NCBI GenBank assembly: GCA_051362555.1
Contig: CM120649.1
Location: 1,612,001 to 1,676,000 of the forward strand
Length of the DNA stretch: 64,000 bases
Reading direction: 5' to 3'
From: Lingula anatina
Taxonomy: Eukaryota; Animalia; Brachiopoda
Part shown: positions 1 to 14,950 of the stretch, piece by piece
Layout: every line of letters begins with the position of its first letter
How positions within the stretch are numbered: position 1 is the first letter of the stretch
Made by a program: the position numbers and the translations under genes
Notes under the pieces: model-generated
What the model saw: the letters and a program-made list of their open reading frames with translations, nothing else
Database searches by the model: none
Told to the model about the DNA's origin: nothing

Positions 1-201
1 GAACCATGTGATCAGTGAAATGTTGTCAACATATTAGGTTGATGACAAGTGTTTCTGTTGTAGGTCAATTTTTCAAGCAGTCGAGCCTTAACTCGCACCA
101 ACTATTCAGGATGTCATTCTCTTTAGAGTAGAAATGAATATATCTTAGTGAAATTGAATAATGATCAAGTTTTAAAATATCTGTACTTGTTTCTCTTGTA
201 G

Positions 202-1430
202 ATGATGGACACAGACCCTCTTGGCTGGCCACTACAAAACGCCCCCTGTTGGGTGCACGTAAGTTAACACTAACTTCACTCTTCTGTAGTGAACATATAA
301 TCTAGTCAAGAAGTACCCTGTACAAGGGCCACAGATTGACTTTTTACAGGATGTTTACAGATATTTCTTTAGATAAATAGACGGTCATTTTACTAACTCT
401 GGATTTTCCTATTTTTGCCTATAGAATCTGCCATCCTGGTTGATAGTAGTCAAGATGTGTGATTGAAGAAATGTCATTGATGAAAGGAGGGTGGGGGGGT
501 ATGATTTTTAAATGGATGCCTGTGTGGGTGCACACTTGAAGGTGCATACTGGTATATAGACCAATTCCGTTGTTGTTAATGTCATCTAAAAGAGCTGTCA
601 GCTTTGGAATTAAATCATTTTCTTGTTAATGAATGGATATTGGAATATTTTTCTTCATCTTTTCTAGCTGACGGCCACCGCCCAGCATGGCTAGGACATC
701 ATCATGACAGAGGTAAGGGTTGCTATTGCGCTCTCTTGTTGGCAGATCCACTTTCAAAGGCTGTGACTGGCAGTGGCATAGAAGTGACACCCACATTGGA
801 CTGGTGGTGACTTAAAAATTGCTAACCTACAGCATTTGTGGTGCTTTTGCTGCATAGAATAGAACAATAAAGTAGCTTTATTTTCCATTTTGATGTTGCC
901 ACTCAATAGGAATGTTCTCATTTTAAGAAATTGTGACTTAAAAAGTACAATATCTGCTTAATTCACAATTTCCCCCCATTGAATAGATAGAGTAATTACC
1001 ATAATGTAGTCTGTTCTGTATAGTTAAAACTAATTGCTCTGTTGTGCTACCTTTCAGATGGACACAGAAGACCACATGGGCACGACATGCATGGAATGCG
1101 CAGTACGTTCACATATTGATTTCACAACAAAATAAAACAGAATTTTAGGCTCAAACACACATATAGTAGTAGTACTATTAGCACACAGTGTTTGCAAAGT
1201 GATAAAGATAAGATGTTGATAGTTAAATTTTTATCTTAAAGATTACATAATAGCTCTGTCAGATGCTTATATCGGATTTACTATTTTTAAAATGGAGTAG
1301 GACATAAACTTAAAATTCTGTGATGGATACTCTTTCTATTTCAGACAAGAGAAGTGTGAAGAAAGACTTCAAGGTGGCCGTCATTGAAGGCAAGGAGGCA
1401 GTGGTAGAATACACTTTTAAATTTGAGTAA
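202..1430 (+). CDS. 3' end of a gene whose 5' part lies outside the window; probable ITM2/BRI2-type BRICHOS protein C-terminus
   Basis: AG/GT-bounded exons 202-258, 668-712, 1058-1102 (all phase 1-1) and 1345-1430 (TAA) splice in frame to ...DGHRPSWLATTKRPLLGAPDGHRPAWLGHHHDRDGHRRPHGHDMHGMRNKRSVKKDFKVAVIEGKEAVVEYTFKFE*. The RNKR furin site followed by a short beta-rich tail resembles invertebrate ITM2 C-termini. The family call is inference because no BRICHOS domain is visible. Confidence 0.6.
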
Positions 1431-1800
1431 TCAAAAAGAGAAGTTAGAATCAAGTACTTCTACTAGAACTATTTACTAACTCATTTGCACATTTCTAAGA
1501 GCTGACTACAAAATAGGTAGAAGTGGTCTCAGCAACTTCAAGTCATTCCTTAACATTTTATATGATTTTTCGGTGAGGAGTGATACATGTATTTCGAACA
1601 GAAAAAAAAGCACAGGCTTAATTTTCCTTGGAATATTGCAATTATTGTTAAAAGAATACAGAGACAAAATAATCCCAAGCACACATTTGATGATGATTTC
1701 TCCGATTTTGTGCCACTAAGATTCGATCAAAGCTCTAGCTTCTTTGTGTAAATGTCACTATATATTTTATTACATCACTTGATTCTGGTTGACTGTGATA

Positions 1801-1925
1801 GGATAGAAAAAAACTGTCGTTATGGAGACTCTATGGCCATGGGGTCATTGCTATGGAAACTACAGGATAGAAAAACTGTTGTTATGGAGACGCTATGGTC
1901 ATAGGGTCATTGCTATGGAAACCAC
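1801..1925. repeat. Two diverged tandem copies of a ~64-bp unit in the presumed 3' UTR
   Basis: ggatagaaaa..ctgtcgttatggagac..ggggtcattgctatggaaac starts at 1801 and again at 1865. Confidence 0.8.
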
Positions 1926-4900
1926 AAGGTTGTTGGGCTGTTCCAAACATTCAGATAGAAGTGCATTATTTCTCTAAGAAGGTTCACATTTTATACTTTA
2001 GAGTGCTTTGTTTGCTGGAATAGTTGGCATAGCAGATCACTTTTCACATTTCCAAGGTTCACACTCATGTTTTTGAAAAAAAAAAAATCAGATTTTTTTT
2101 TCTCCGCAAGATCCGTTGTTTGCCCTAAAAATGATCAGGCCTTGAGTTCTTCAAAACAACTGAATATTTCCATCTTAACATGGGTAAGAGAGGGAGAGCA
2201 GGCCATACAACAAAACCCTTGATCAAATAATTTTGCCTACACAACATTCTTTTCTTGTTTTTAAAACAACGTTCAAGTGTTGATGTCTCAAATTTTAAGG
2301 CTGCTTGCCAGCTCAATCTAATGCACAGGGTATCTACGCTCCCTCTTTGTATACCAGTGAAATATGAATTTGTAGGTCTGGCGTTGCCATTTAATTGTCA
2401 TTTTTATTCAAAATTTTATTAATTTGAACAACAACAGTTAAATATTGTCTTAACAGTGACCTTGTTAGTCTTTTATCTATATAGCCATAGCATTTGAAAT
2501 AACAGTAATTGTTCTCTTGATTTAAGGACATTTTCATACTGTCTAAAGTCATTATTTTGGTACGTATGGTTTGTAAATTAAAAGTAATCAGTGACCTTGA
2601 TATCTGGGTTTGTATCTTGGCGGTAAGTTAAACAATTCTCACTGGTGTGTTTTCTAAATGCGCAAGTACGAAAGCTCGCTGTGGCCGTCTAGTTAAAAGG
2701 TGAGTGCGAGCTTGGAAAAGCAGTGAACATGATGGGTGCCAAAATATGCATCACATGATTTCGACATCAAATTTAGCAAAGCTCTAAGTGTTAAATTAAT
2801 ATTCAGGTATATAAGACAGATATTGTTTTCTTGCCTAAGAATATAGCAATTGTATCAGAACAGCCCCTTCTGCACAGTGAATTTGTATATAAATCCACTT
2901 ATGATATTAATACCCGGATTTTTGATTGTTGTAATGTCTATCTCTTTACGTAATATTAACATTTTTAGATCTTTTTTCACTCCAGTATCATTCATGATAT
3001 GTGTTGAAGTCATGATTTCAGTGTAAATTTTCCAACATCCATAGACTTGAAAATTTATTGATTACTTCAAGTAACTGTTCTAAATAGTTGTATTTGGATT
3101 GCCTCAATTTAGCAGTTTTTATGTGAAAAATAAAAATGTAATATTTTTCAAAACTATTTTAGAAGGGAAAAGTAGAAATTTCCTTTGTGGAAATATTTGG
3201 ATACCGCTTAAAGAAAGTAACCATTTTCTTTCGGTTCAAAATTCAGTCCAGGTTTAAGTTACTGAAATCAGTTTTAAATTTGATTAGCTAAATCCATATA
3301 ATATCTATATCAAATGCATTATATAATAATATATATATTAATAATAATACAGGAAGCCATAAATGTTCTTTACAATTTGTTTGATTCTCTTCTTCACATT
3401 AAATACAAGTTGTTGCCAGTTACGACTGGTATGCTTTGATAATCCAGGATTTTTCTAGTTAATAACATCAGTGCAACTCTGTAACTTCTTCAAGCTAATA
3501 AAGTGATTTCTGATGTGAGATTTGTGTCGATTTTCTGTGGACAGATGCCGTGTCAGAGCATTAGTTATCAGCTGTGCTTGCCGTCATTGCCATTGCCATG
3601 TATATCACCATTCATGCAATAAATTGATAGTTATCTCTAAGCTAACCATCATAGCATCAGAATTTGTGTCAAACTAGAATATTGACAGCTTTCTTATTTA
3701 TGAGTTTTCTTAATGTTTTGCAATTTTATTTTAATATTTTTATTATTAATTTTTTATTAAAAACAATGTTTTTTGGTGCATGTAAATTTTTCATTCTGCA
3801 CACTCAAATTTTAATCGCCCTGGATTTTGGACCCGGGAAGCACTTAGATTCTTACTTATGTGCATTGCCAGTCAGTGTAATAAGCTTAATCTCCCCTCCC
3901 CTCCCCTCCCCTCCCACCTCGAGCAGCTAGGGAGTAATTTACTGCACTTTAGCGAGAATCTGTGCAGAGATGGATCGATCTTGCTGGTATGATAACTTGA
4001 ATCTGAACGCTCCCCTACATACAACATCCTTAAATTATTTTCCGCGATATGCAACTAGCATGTTAGGCTGAAAATTGAGAAGTTGCCAAGGTGAAACTGA
4101 ACATCTACTGGCCTGTTTTAAAACAACATTGTTAACATGAACTGTGCCTTGGTACCTAATGTAAAATTTTAAGTTGGTGGCTAATATGTTCTATCAATTG
4201 AAATTGCACACAATTTTTTTTTTCTTTTCTACAATGAATGACACATTTAAAAATGGAATGCTGATAATTCTCTGCCAACACATCCAAAATTAAAAATAAA
4301 TAAATATGAGTAAAAACTTGCCAAAATAGACACTTCTGATTGAATGAACATGGCAAAGTTGGTAATAGTCAAAACTGGACGTAAAATGCACTTCATTTAC
4401 AATATAACTACAAACAACAAGTTATATAAAGAGCTCATTTATTGATCCTCCACAGTACACGGACTGAGGCATCAATCCAAAGAATGAATGAATGAATAAG
4501 TAGTCACATTCAAATATACAGACTAAAATACTCAATAATTGTGAAAAATACAGCAGCGTGAAGACATATGACAGTGTGCAGTCGATTTCATGAGAGAGGT
4601 TTTCGTGGATCAGTTTACAGCCAGAAAAAAATCATTTATATATAACTAGTATACACTGGAGAATATTGGGCGTGGGTTTGAAGTACTCTCACCTGATAAA
4701 ATCCACCCATCATATTGGCAAATACAACTTAATTAACATATTCGACCAAAATAAGATTGTGCTAAAATAAATGTATACAATAATGATGATGAAAAAAATT
4801 AAAGTAATTGGAAGGCTATACAATATTGATAAGTTGGTTAATGAGCAGGGTCTTTTAGTAAACAGGGATGGTAGGTGACATTTATTATTATTGTTATTAT

Positions 4901-7530
4901 TATTTGTTTTTGAAAGTTGTTTTATAAGCATAGCACTGTGAGTGCTTTTATTAACATGAAAACAACAGCATTAAAATTCTTTTCCGAGTCTCTAGTAAAT
5001 TCCCCAGCTTACCAAGCCAATGCTTGATGCAAATAATAATAATAATAATAATAAATAAAATAAAATGATTTTTTTTTTGGTCTGCCTCATTAATTAACCA
5101 ACTCAACTATCTTGTATGGCCTAACAATAAAACTTTCTAATAAAGTTCCAATCGCAGATAATATATATAATTTATATCAATAGTGTCACTGGATGTGGAC
5201 TGTTGTTCTAACTTTTATATGTAAAATGTTAACAACATGCATACGACCTTCAAATAGCAGAAAAAAATGAGTTTTCATCAATTTTCATCAGCTTAAAGGC
5301 ATAATATCATATAATCCAAATCTGTTGAGAAAATAAGGATTTATAAATCCCTCTTCAATTTCTAAATAACTATTTAATTTCAAGTGAAATCCCCCAGTCT
5401 CCAGCATCAATAACAGGAGTGGCTCAAAAATAAGAGACTTAAAACCAAGTCATTTGACCTTGATTTTCTCCATGGATTTGGGTGCGCCGTTCATTGCTGG
5501 CAAGGGGAAACCTTTTGACATTTAGAGAACTTTTTTTTGACATTTTGCTATAAAAAGGTCCAACAATAATGACATGGCCTTGAACACAGTTGAAGTGACC
5601 ACTTGGCAGATACAGTGTGTGCTTTCTTCTTCTATACACTTGAACTGACCACCTGCTGGGGTAGTGCTGGCATTTTTTTTTTTTTCTCTTAGCCAAATCT
5701 CTATTTTTTCATATGTTTTTTCACTTGCTTTTCTCCATATGGTTTAAATTTGACTAAAACAAGTCACATCAACTAGTTTTTGTTTAGCCAACTTAATTCA
5801 GTTTTAGCATTTGGCTGAATCGGCAAGTGTAAGCGCTACCCCAGAGTCTTGATAAACACATTAATTTTACAGTATTGCCAATACAACTGTGACAACAAAG
5901 CATGCCTGTTTTGTAGTCTATAAAATATGACAATTACACAATACCAAATTTCTCCCCAAATCATATTAAATTCTTTAATATTATCAACAAGAGTGAAAGT
6001 ACCTCAAATTGACATTTTTTTTTAAATATTTAATATTTAACATGATGAAAACATATCTAATGCAAACATGAAACTTGTGAACAGATTCATATGCAGAGTA
6101 GCCAAACATGATGCAAAATCAAAGAGAACACGTTATGAAGAAACTGTGTTTAAAGACAACTTCTACTTTGAAATTTAAGTTAACTATGATATTGATATAC
6201 TCCATTAATGAGTGAATGATCTGACTTATACAGTGGAATTACAATCAAGAATCTACTGGTACATAAATCAAACAGTGAAACTTCAGTGGTAAAATCGATG
6301 ACAAGCAAGGCCTTCCCAGAGAACCATACAGCTGCCATTTCGACGACCAATAGCTTCATAAGACAGCTTATATTTTCAAAGGCAGACAGATGGCTTGCAA
6401 GATTTTTGGTTTTCTTTGATTGGGCCTGGGTTGAACCCCCTGTAAATCGATGACCAAATCTCCTTGAATTTTTACAACACAAGTTCCAGAACTTGATTTT
6501 TATACATGAATATTCTTGATACACACCAAACATTAAGTTCTATAAAATGTTGATTAAAAACAAACACTGAAATTTTAGATGCCTTTAAACCCTGCAGTGT
6601 ACATATTGTCAGTACTTATTATTCAAATGATGGTCTGCCTCGTTTTCTCTACACAAAGTTCTCATCACTGCCTTTTATTTCAAACCATGCAACTGTCAAA
6701 TATTCTCAAGCCCATAGGAAATTAGGGGTGTTCAAATCAACTGCTCTGAGGTCCACATTTTCAGAAAAACAAACACCATTCCACTTCCCCCCCTTTTGAA
6801 ATTGCTGACTACAGAACAGCTTTGAATTAGAATTGCACTGTACTTCCTCCACTGTGATTCTACTTTTGAATGTGTTTCCCAAAAGAGAGTATCTTGTTTG
6901 GTTTTCTTTTCTTCATAAAAAGGAAGAAATTCTCCCATCCCTGGTATTTTTATTTTTGTGGAACTGAATACCTCTCCTAAAGGTAAATGTCTCTCAATGT
7001 CTGATGAGTGGTGACTTTGGACATCGCCCATTCATTTCTGTACAGAACCATTTCAAACACTAGATTCTGCCAACATACATAACACCAAGTGTGACTTTCA
7101 CTGTCTGAGCGAAAACCCAGCTAAATCTTATATATCTCATGTATATATATATATGCCAATCACAAACACATAATCCTACCCAAACAGCTCGTCGTGAATA
7201 TGACTGCCATCTACAGTACTTGCATCCTTCCTTAGCATATGATAAGACTTCCAAAACAGCTCGGTTTGAGTGTGACTGCCACCTACTGGACAAAAAACCT
7301 AAACACACATCTGTACAACATCCACAACAGTCACAGTTCATTTTCCTAGCAATGTGGCCTGTCTTGTGACAACGTCCACCTACTTTAGAGACACACATGC
7401 AGTGTGGCCTGTCTTGTGGACATCTGCCACCTATCTTTGAGTAACATGCCATGCACTTCAACATCTACCATTTCAGTAAGAAATGGCACTAAAATTCCTA
7501 ATCAAAGTTTTTCTTTGTGTTCAGCATGTG

Positions 7531-10500
7531 TTATCCATCTAGTGGTTGTCCTAAGTAAACCATCGACACCTCTGTGTTCCCGTACACTGCTGATACCGCC
7601 GGATACAATTCCTGACTTGGTAGTCCTCTAAAAGCTACACCTGAAAAATAAAGAACTTCAATGAGTGTTGGAAGTGTTATTGGTATTCTTGTATAACTGA
7701 ACACAGAGTGATTTTCTGTTGGGTCATACAACTTAGCAGCAAAGGGGCCTCTCAGTGCACAGTCAGCTCCATGAGAGAACTCGAGGCCAAACGTGGGTTT
7801 GAGCTTTGGGACCAATAATTTTAGAATATTCTGATGCACGATAAATCAAAAGTAGACTGACTGAATGAAAAATCACATTTGTTTTGTAACAAGAAAGAAA
7901 TGGCTGATGCCATAAACCAATAGTTTGCATCTTTAATTGGACTACTGCAGAATTATGCTACTTAGGAATTATGAACAAAGTATTCAAACCAATACTGTGG
8001 TCTAAGGGCCCCTTCCCAATGATTTTATATTGATCTATCCCTGTGGGAAGTCTCACTAGATTACTGTCAGCTTAGCCGGCTTAAGCATCTGTCCCGCCTA
8101 CTAAAAGCTGTAAGGTATGGTGCGCGCTCGGTTGACTGCAATTTAGCGTGAACCCCAGGGAGTTAGGTCAATCTAAATCTTAATCTCTGGCTCGATCTAA
8201 ATCTCTGGGAATGCAACCTAAGGGTCCATTCCCAATGAAACATTCAGTCTAGGTAGATGGATCCAACCCTGTACGAACTTTCACTGAAGGCAATAATTTT
8301 AACAGATAAGTGTTCCTCCTACTGGCATTAAATACAATAAAATTGGTGATTTTTCCAGTACACTGCAAACAAAAAGAGGCTCTTTTATCTGATAAGCTGA
8401 TTGCATTCAAAAAGAGTCCCAATGGAGATGGATCGATCTACGAAGACCTATTGTTTCAATTAAAATGAGTCCAAAAGAAAAGGTGAACTTTTGGTCTGCA
8501 GTTCTATGAGACCTACACATGGAGTAAGTTACACTAGTCATACTGAAATGGCAGCCATTTAGCCATCAACTGACCAGAAATGATTTCGGTTGTGTACTTT
8601 GATAAAGTTCACTTACCTAAAAATTCATAATTCTTTTCAAATGCTATGGTGTTGTCTTCACAATCTAGTATAACTCGTATCCTTTCTCCTACCTGGAAAA
8701 TAAATAAATGAATGAATAAACAAATAAATGAATAGAAGGGGAATTTCCCATTATTTATGTGGTATTCCGTCCCGTATCAGGGAACAGAATTTATGGTTAA
8801 TGCTAAAATAAAATTAATAGAAGGGGAATTCCCCATTCTCAATGGCCTCACATAAATAAGCTCTGTTTAACTTTCATTCTTGAATATCTCAAATAAATCC
8901 AGATATATCTAAGCGCCCCCCCCCCCCCCCCCCCCCAATACACAAAGGAGAAGAATAACTGAAATATTCTTGAGCGCCTATATATACACACCAAAAAACT
9001 GAAATAACTGCAACTTTGAAATAAAATGACACACATATAAACAATAAAATTTTGCCAATGACACCCACTATAGAAATTCAAAACAATTTGTTTCATGACA
9101 TATTTACATTGGATTAATTGACAGCAAATACTGATATATGGCCACATAAGAAAACTGTCTTATTCAAGACTGCTCAAACAAGCCACTCCACACATACTAT
9201 TACTCAAAATCAAACTTAACTTACAGTGCACATAATACATTTATACAGCCAAAAAAGGAAAAAAAAAGAAAAAAAAATTATTTCTTTAGAAATTTCATAA
9301 TTTCCTATTCTTTTATGACCAATGTATAACCATCCAAAAATGGTGCCAAAAATACAATTTATAAACACATCTTTGAGTTTAAAATTCTAATTTTACGATC
9401 TTTGCTTTAAAGCGACAGTCTCTATTCATGGATAGTGACCCAAAATCCAGAAATTTATCACTAAAATTGGATCATAAATTATGCAGTTGGCTCCTGATAC
9501 AGAATAGCTTGATGACTAAGGGGGGTAGGGGGTGTTGAATTTTCCAAGAAAACTAGATAACCACTATAGATATAAAGGTCTTGCAGTCTATATTTGGGCT
9601 TTTCAAGATGCATCTGAAGTCTTTTTTTTTTTTTTAGCCACAAAATGCCACCATAAGTTTCAAATAACATAACTTAGAGAAATACCAAAAAGACATCATT
9701 TTATATTTCCAAAACAATATTTGAAAAAATTTTTCTGCTTGCTTTCCTGTATATAAAAGGGTCACATAAGAAGGTCAAATTTACCACCAAAAACGGTTTA
9801 GAGCTCTCTTAAGGCTGATCAGGTGATTGATTTGGTTATCCCTTGGCATGTGGACTTCATTTGAGTCATATAAGAAACAAGTAGAAGTTATTTACGGCTG
9901 TATATGCATTACTGCACAAACATTCAGTTCATATGTACCTTTAAAGCTGATTACCTTTCAAGGGGAGGAAAATATGAAACTAGCTCAAATAATATTTTAA
10001 ATCAATCTTCAAGGATCACAGGATTAATTTGGGATAAATTCTTGTCAACTTACTGCTCACTTCACCTTTAATCAAAGAATTCGAAGGAGATGCCATCATA
10101 CTAATAAGTGAAAAATTGAGGTTATTCTCTAATGATATCAGTTAATTTGGCAGGGTCCTAATTGAGGATACTATCTTATTAGATGACTCACAGCAAAATA
10201 ATGAAGTAAACATTGGAACATCTGCTATTACATGACTGGCCATTGAAAACTTGCAGCAAGAACAAGGCTATTGTTTTGCCAAAAATGTGTTTGAACATCA
10301 GCAGAAATGCTTTAAATGAATCACTCAATTTTCCTTACGTTTTATTCACTGTTATGGTGCACAATGACAGGTAAGCATTAAAATCCCCAAAGCAGGAAAA
10401 GAGATCACGATTTTCTCAACAGTTTTTGTAATTATATACCTTGGTGATGAATGAAAAACATTTTGGAAAAATACGTGTTTTTGAGAACTCTGAAGCTAAT

Positions 10501-11370
10501 TGATAACAAAAAGACTGCCATATGCATTGGACCCATGCACATAATAAAGGGGGAGGGAAGGTGAGAACTGAAAATTCCTTTATGGTCTCATCTGCACAAA
10601 AATCATGCGCAAGCACTCCTATTGACGATTGTGATAAATACTAGCAATGCTAGCTGGGTAGATATTCAAATCTTCAATAGGAGTGTAAGCACATGGATTT
10701 CATTCTAATGGTTTCACATGTCCACTTCCTCATTCCAACAACAGAGCAAATTCCATCCAATAACATCACATGATATTTCTCCAGCTACCTGATATTTAGG
10801 TGCATTATTCACGTGAGGGAAGTTGCCCTGACTATCTCCATTGTGCAATAAATCATTGTCCACTAGGTTCCAGCCCCAGCTCTGGTCATCCCCTCCCAAA
10901 AGGGGGACATAACCGTGACACTGGACGCTGGCTTTTTTGGTGGCTATTCCGATAACCGCAACCGTCCCAAGTGGACCTTCCCACCATATTTCCCAACAAT
11001 GTCTACCGTGCCTAAATCCGATTTTTCCCCGAGCACCGTCTGAGCTTTGCGCCACGGGGTTCCGATGTAGCGTAAAGCCGTTGGGTTTAATATAAACGTT
11101 TCTCGAGCAATCGTTTGGATTCCACGCGTGATAGAATGCCCTCAGTTTTGCTTTGTAAGTTGGGACGTTGCTAAGAAGGTCAGACTTTAAAGCCTCTTCC
11201 GCCAGTTTTCGAACGCAGTGTAAACGCCAAACGTCATTGTTTTCGTCGTTGAGAGTCTTGTACCAGGTCTTGCACACCAGAGAACAGTTCCGTAGGTCCT
11301 CGATGTCTAAATATGAGAAGATATTTTCAAGGGCTAGGGCCGGTAATCCCGTCCAATTGGGGGCAGCCAT
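7531..11370 (-). CDS. FBXO45: F-box/SPRY domain protein 1 (FBXO45/Fsn), 255 aa
   Basis: Exons 10789-11370, 8617-8692 and 7531-7640 (768 nt, GT-AG). N-terminal F-box ([13 protein letters not shown]...LVCKTW), SPRY domain ([37 protein letters not shown]) and C-terminus [25 protein letters not shown]. Confidence 0.97.
8004..8220. mobile_element. MITE of a family with ggccccattcccata-like TIRs; related copies at ~3842-3981, 27947-28190, ~28283-28407, ~30026-30399 and ~49062-49262
   Basis: The internal sequence matches the reverse complement of ~49150-49262. The 27947-28190 copy shows ~20-bp TIRs (agaccccattcacatagaca / tgtctatgggaatgaggtct). Confidence 0.65.
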
Positions 11371-11669
11371 GATGGTTTATGAGTCACGCGTAAGTCTCGC
11401 GAGACTATGAGGTCAGTGGGGTGTAGTTTCGAAACCGTATTTCCATAGAAGTAGAACATGGTTTCGTTTTGCGATTTCTTTTCACGGATATGATAAAAGA
11501 CCAACATACAGAAAGATCCTGAATTTAAATATTGGTGTGAACCTTTTTTCTCTCACATTCCATCGCCAGCTACTGGATTCGCCTCCCAATACTAGACATA
11601 GGACCTACTTAGTTTAATCATAGAAGTAGATTGGTTTAATGCAAGATTGGGAAAGGTCGAAACGATAGG

Positions 11670-11705
<36 letters not shown>

Positions 11706-14700
11706 GGCTACATAAATGCGCAGCAATTCTCTCGCAGTGCTTGTTATTTTACACAATTATTGTATGTTCATTATTATAAATCTTTTATTGTTACTTTTTT
11801 TTTTTTTTTGTATTTTATGTATTCGTTAATTAATTAATTTATTTTTTATATTGAAAGCTGGTGATTTTTTTTTTAAATGTTAATTTTTAACAATTGTGAC
11901 TATGTTTTTTTATTGAAATAAAGATGTTTTGGAATATTACCTTAAAAAGTTCAAGCTAAAAAGAACTTTGAAGAGTGTGAGGTGTATGTATACAGATCAA
12001 AATTCTATGGACCATCAAAATTTTACATTCTTAATAATAGAAATAAAAAATGAAAATTGCAACTGTGCCGTTTAATAAATTTATTTCACATCTCACATAT
12101 TCTACAGATGTTTTTCTCTAAGTAAATAAATATGTTAAATAAAATGTATATACTTTTAATTTATATGCGAAATTTTATACAACTGCTCGTGACCTTGATT
12201 TTCTGTTAGGTCCAATAATCTACCAACAGCTGTGAACCAGCAGCCGTCACTAAATATTTTAACACGTTTTCGGCTGATAATCTCCGGCTCTAGCATCAAT
12301 ACTTCACTAACTACCAGTTACATACACCAATTCACGTGCTGAAATATTTCTGTCTAAGGTGCAACAATAACATGTAGTCCCAATGATAGACTGTTCTTTC
12401 GTTTACATTTAAGTTACTACAGGCGTTTCCAATATATCTATCTTAACATAATGGACACAGGGACAAACCAATAAAAATGCCTTCCAAAGCATGCATCAAA
12501 ATTGCGCCTTTTTTAGATAAATACCTTTTATAGATCACGAAAAGCGCCACTATATAACGTCCCTGTATACACACGCAACTATCATTTCATTTTTAAATAA
12601 AAGTACCAATTTATCAGCATTACCATTAAAACCCCCATTAACAGATTATGGCACAACATGAAATATAAAACTGGAAACCTCTCAATGTCTCACTCTTAAC
12701 ATGGTGCACTGTCCTCTGTATATATGGCGTAATAACTGAGACACGACTCTGAATGAGTGCAAATGGAAAACGCATTAACAAACCCTTTGTAATCCTCAGA
12801 GAAACGTACAGTTAAATCACTCATGTGCGTTTCCCTTTCAAGCACTCGGATATCCATATAGGCCTACACACACCGGTGCATGTGAATAACAATAATGCGC
12901 AATGTAAAACTTTGACAGTAAACATTACATGCAATGTTATAAATAATGTTTAAACCTCGCTATGACACTCAGTGTACAGTTCACGCTCAGCGACTGTTCT
13001 CTACACATTGAATGGAATGATAAGGTTTTTAATGTAGGCCTATATGTAAAAGTTCGACCGGTTGCGAATCTTTTGTTACAGACAGATTGCGGGAGTTTTA
13101 CGTATTTTACGTTAAAAAACTTTTTTTTTTAAATATATTCCCGGTCGTGTAACAGCCTTGTCATATTTAATAAGTGTTAACTACACTTCCCTTACATTGA
13201 ATAAATTGTATCTAAAATTATTCATAACCTTATTATCAAAAGACATTTAAAACTTCAACCTATCGGTTACGCTTTTCTAAAAAAATATGTTTTAATAAGA
13301 GTACTTCTGTAAACATATTCTGTAGATATCTGAATACTGTAAGACTATATATCTACTTTATAAGAATCAGAATCTATATCACCCACGTTGCTTCATCTAA
13401 TAAATAAACCAAGTTTATTTCCATTCTTGAATGGATTGCTGACTTCTCTCCAATCTCAACTCTCTGAGGCGATCTGTATACCAGCCTTTTAGCCTTATGT
13501 TGTAGAAAGTTTGAGATACGTATTTGTTTTGTATGAACTTATACTCAACCCGAGAGCAGTGCGCATATTGTATAAAAACACACCATAAAAGGCGGACCTA
13601 CAATACTTAAAATAAATAGGTCTGAACATCACTTCAACGATATTCATGTATAAACCTATTATTTTGATGATATAAAAGATAGGCTAAGGGCTCAAACCCC
13701 TTAACAAAGTTGCTCTTTTACAAAATTAGACCTATATCAATTAAAAAAAATATACATGTTTTAATGAATATATAATGACCAATACACAATATTGTAAGAA
13801 GGCATAAATAAAGGGCCTAAACAGTCCAAAGCCCACTCAAACCTGCTATCAATTTTCTAAGGACCAGGGTTAAATTAGAAGTTTAACGTTCTGAAATATA
13901 AAATGCATAGATGTTCACCTCTTCATTTTTCGTGTCACCTTTGGTCGATGTTTTTATTACTGTAATTAACTAGACCTTTCAATATTCATGTTGTAACAAG
14001 AAGGTCTACATACTATTTCTTATATATAAAAATACCAACACACTGTAAGTGGTGGTTTTTGCAGAAACTAGTTTTCTCTTCTTTTTTGTAACAACTCGAT
14101 GTTGTACTTATTATATCATCAAGCGGTCGACAACTAAGCTTTTACTGCCGTTCTAAACGCCACCTTCACTCTGTCATTCTTCCCTGACACCTGCTTCTAT
14201 TCCACATGTCGTCTTCGGTGCCAAGAAAATAATTTTATTTTATAGTAACTGGCACAGCTAGGGGTCAATGGCCGAAATTAAGCCACACCCAATCATCCTC
14301 CGTGCCTCACATGTACTGTTTTCATGTACACTCCCACTTTCCGTCCTCATCCGTGCATTTAAAATATCTCGCTGTTACAGTTACTAAACATCAAGAGGTC
14401 GACGGCCCGACAGCAACTGCCGTTCTTTCCTCCATCTTTTCTTATATTGCTTTGATTCATTTGTCCATCGTTTGTCTGCTATGTAAAGATATATAGTAAC
14501 TCGCTGTCACAGTTCAAAAACCTCCACCTTCATTTTTTTTCTTATTCTTCAGTTACTAACACCGTACATCAAGGGGTCGACGACCCGGTAACACCTGTCG
14601 TCCTAACCTCCATCCTCACTTACTCTTTCATCGATGCCTAAACCATCTACTTTTCTTTTTGCCAGCGACGAGCAAGAATAGCGTTTGTAATAAATACGCC

Positions 14701-14950
14701 AGTTTAAATTTAACACTTACACTGGTATCACCTACAACTTAATTTTAGCAAAGTTTTAGCGACTTTGAATGTGTAAATAAATTTTTACGCAATGCGTCAA
14801 CTGATTAAAGAAAAAAAATCAAAATGTTCATACGAAACCAAAAACCATATGTTTTAGAAAATAATGTGATCTTCTAATAAAATCATATGAAAAATTAAAT
14901 TAAATGAATAAAGTTAGCATATTGTTGTTGACTATGTAACTGATAGTATT

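Noticed and set aside
10714-10788. C-terminal extension of the 218-aa FBXO45 ORF
   Set aside because: This is intron read-through; the conserved protein continues in exons at 8617-8692 and 7531-7640.
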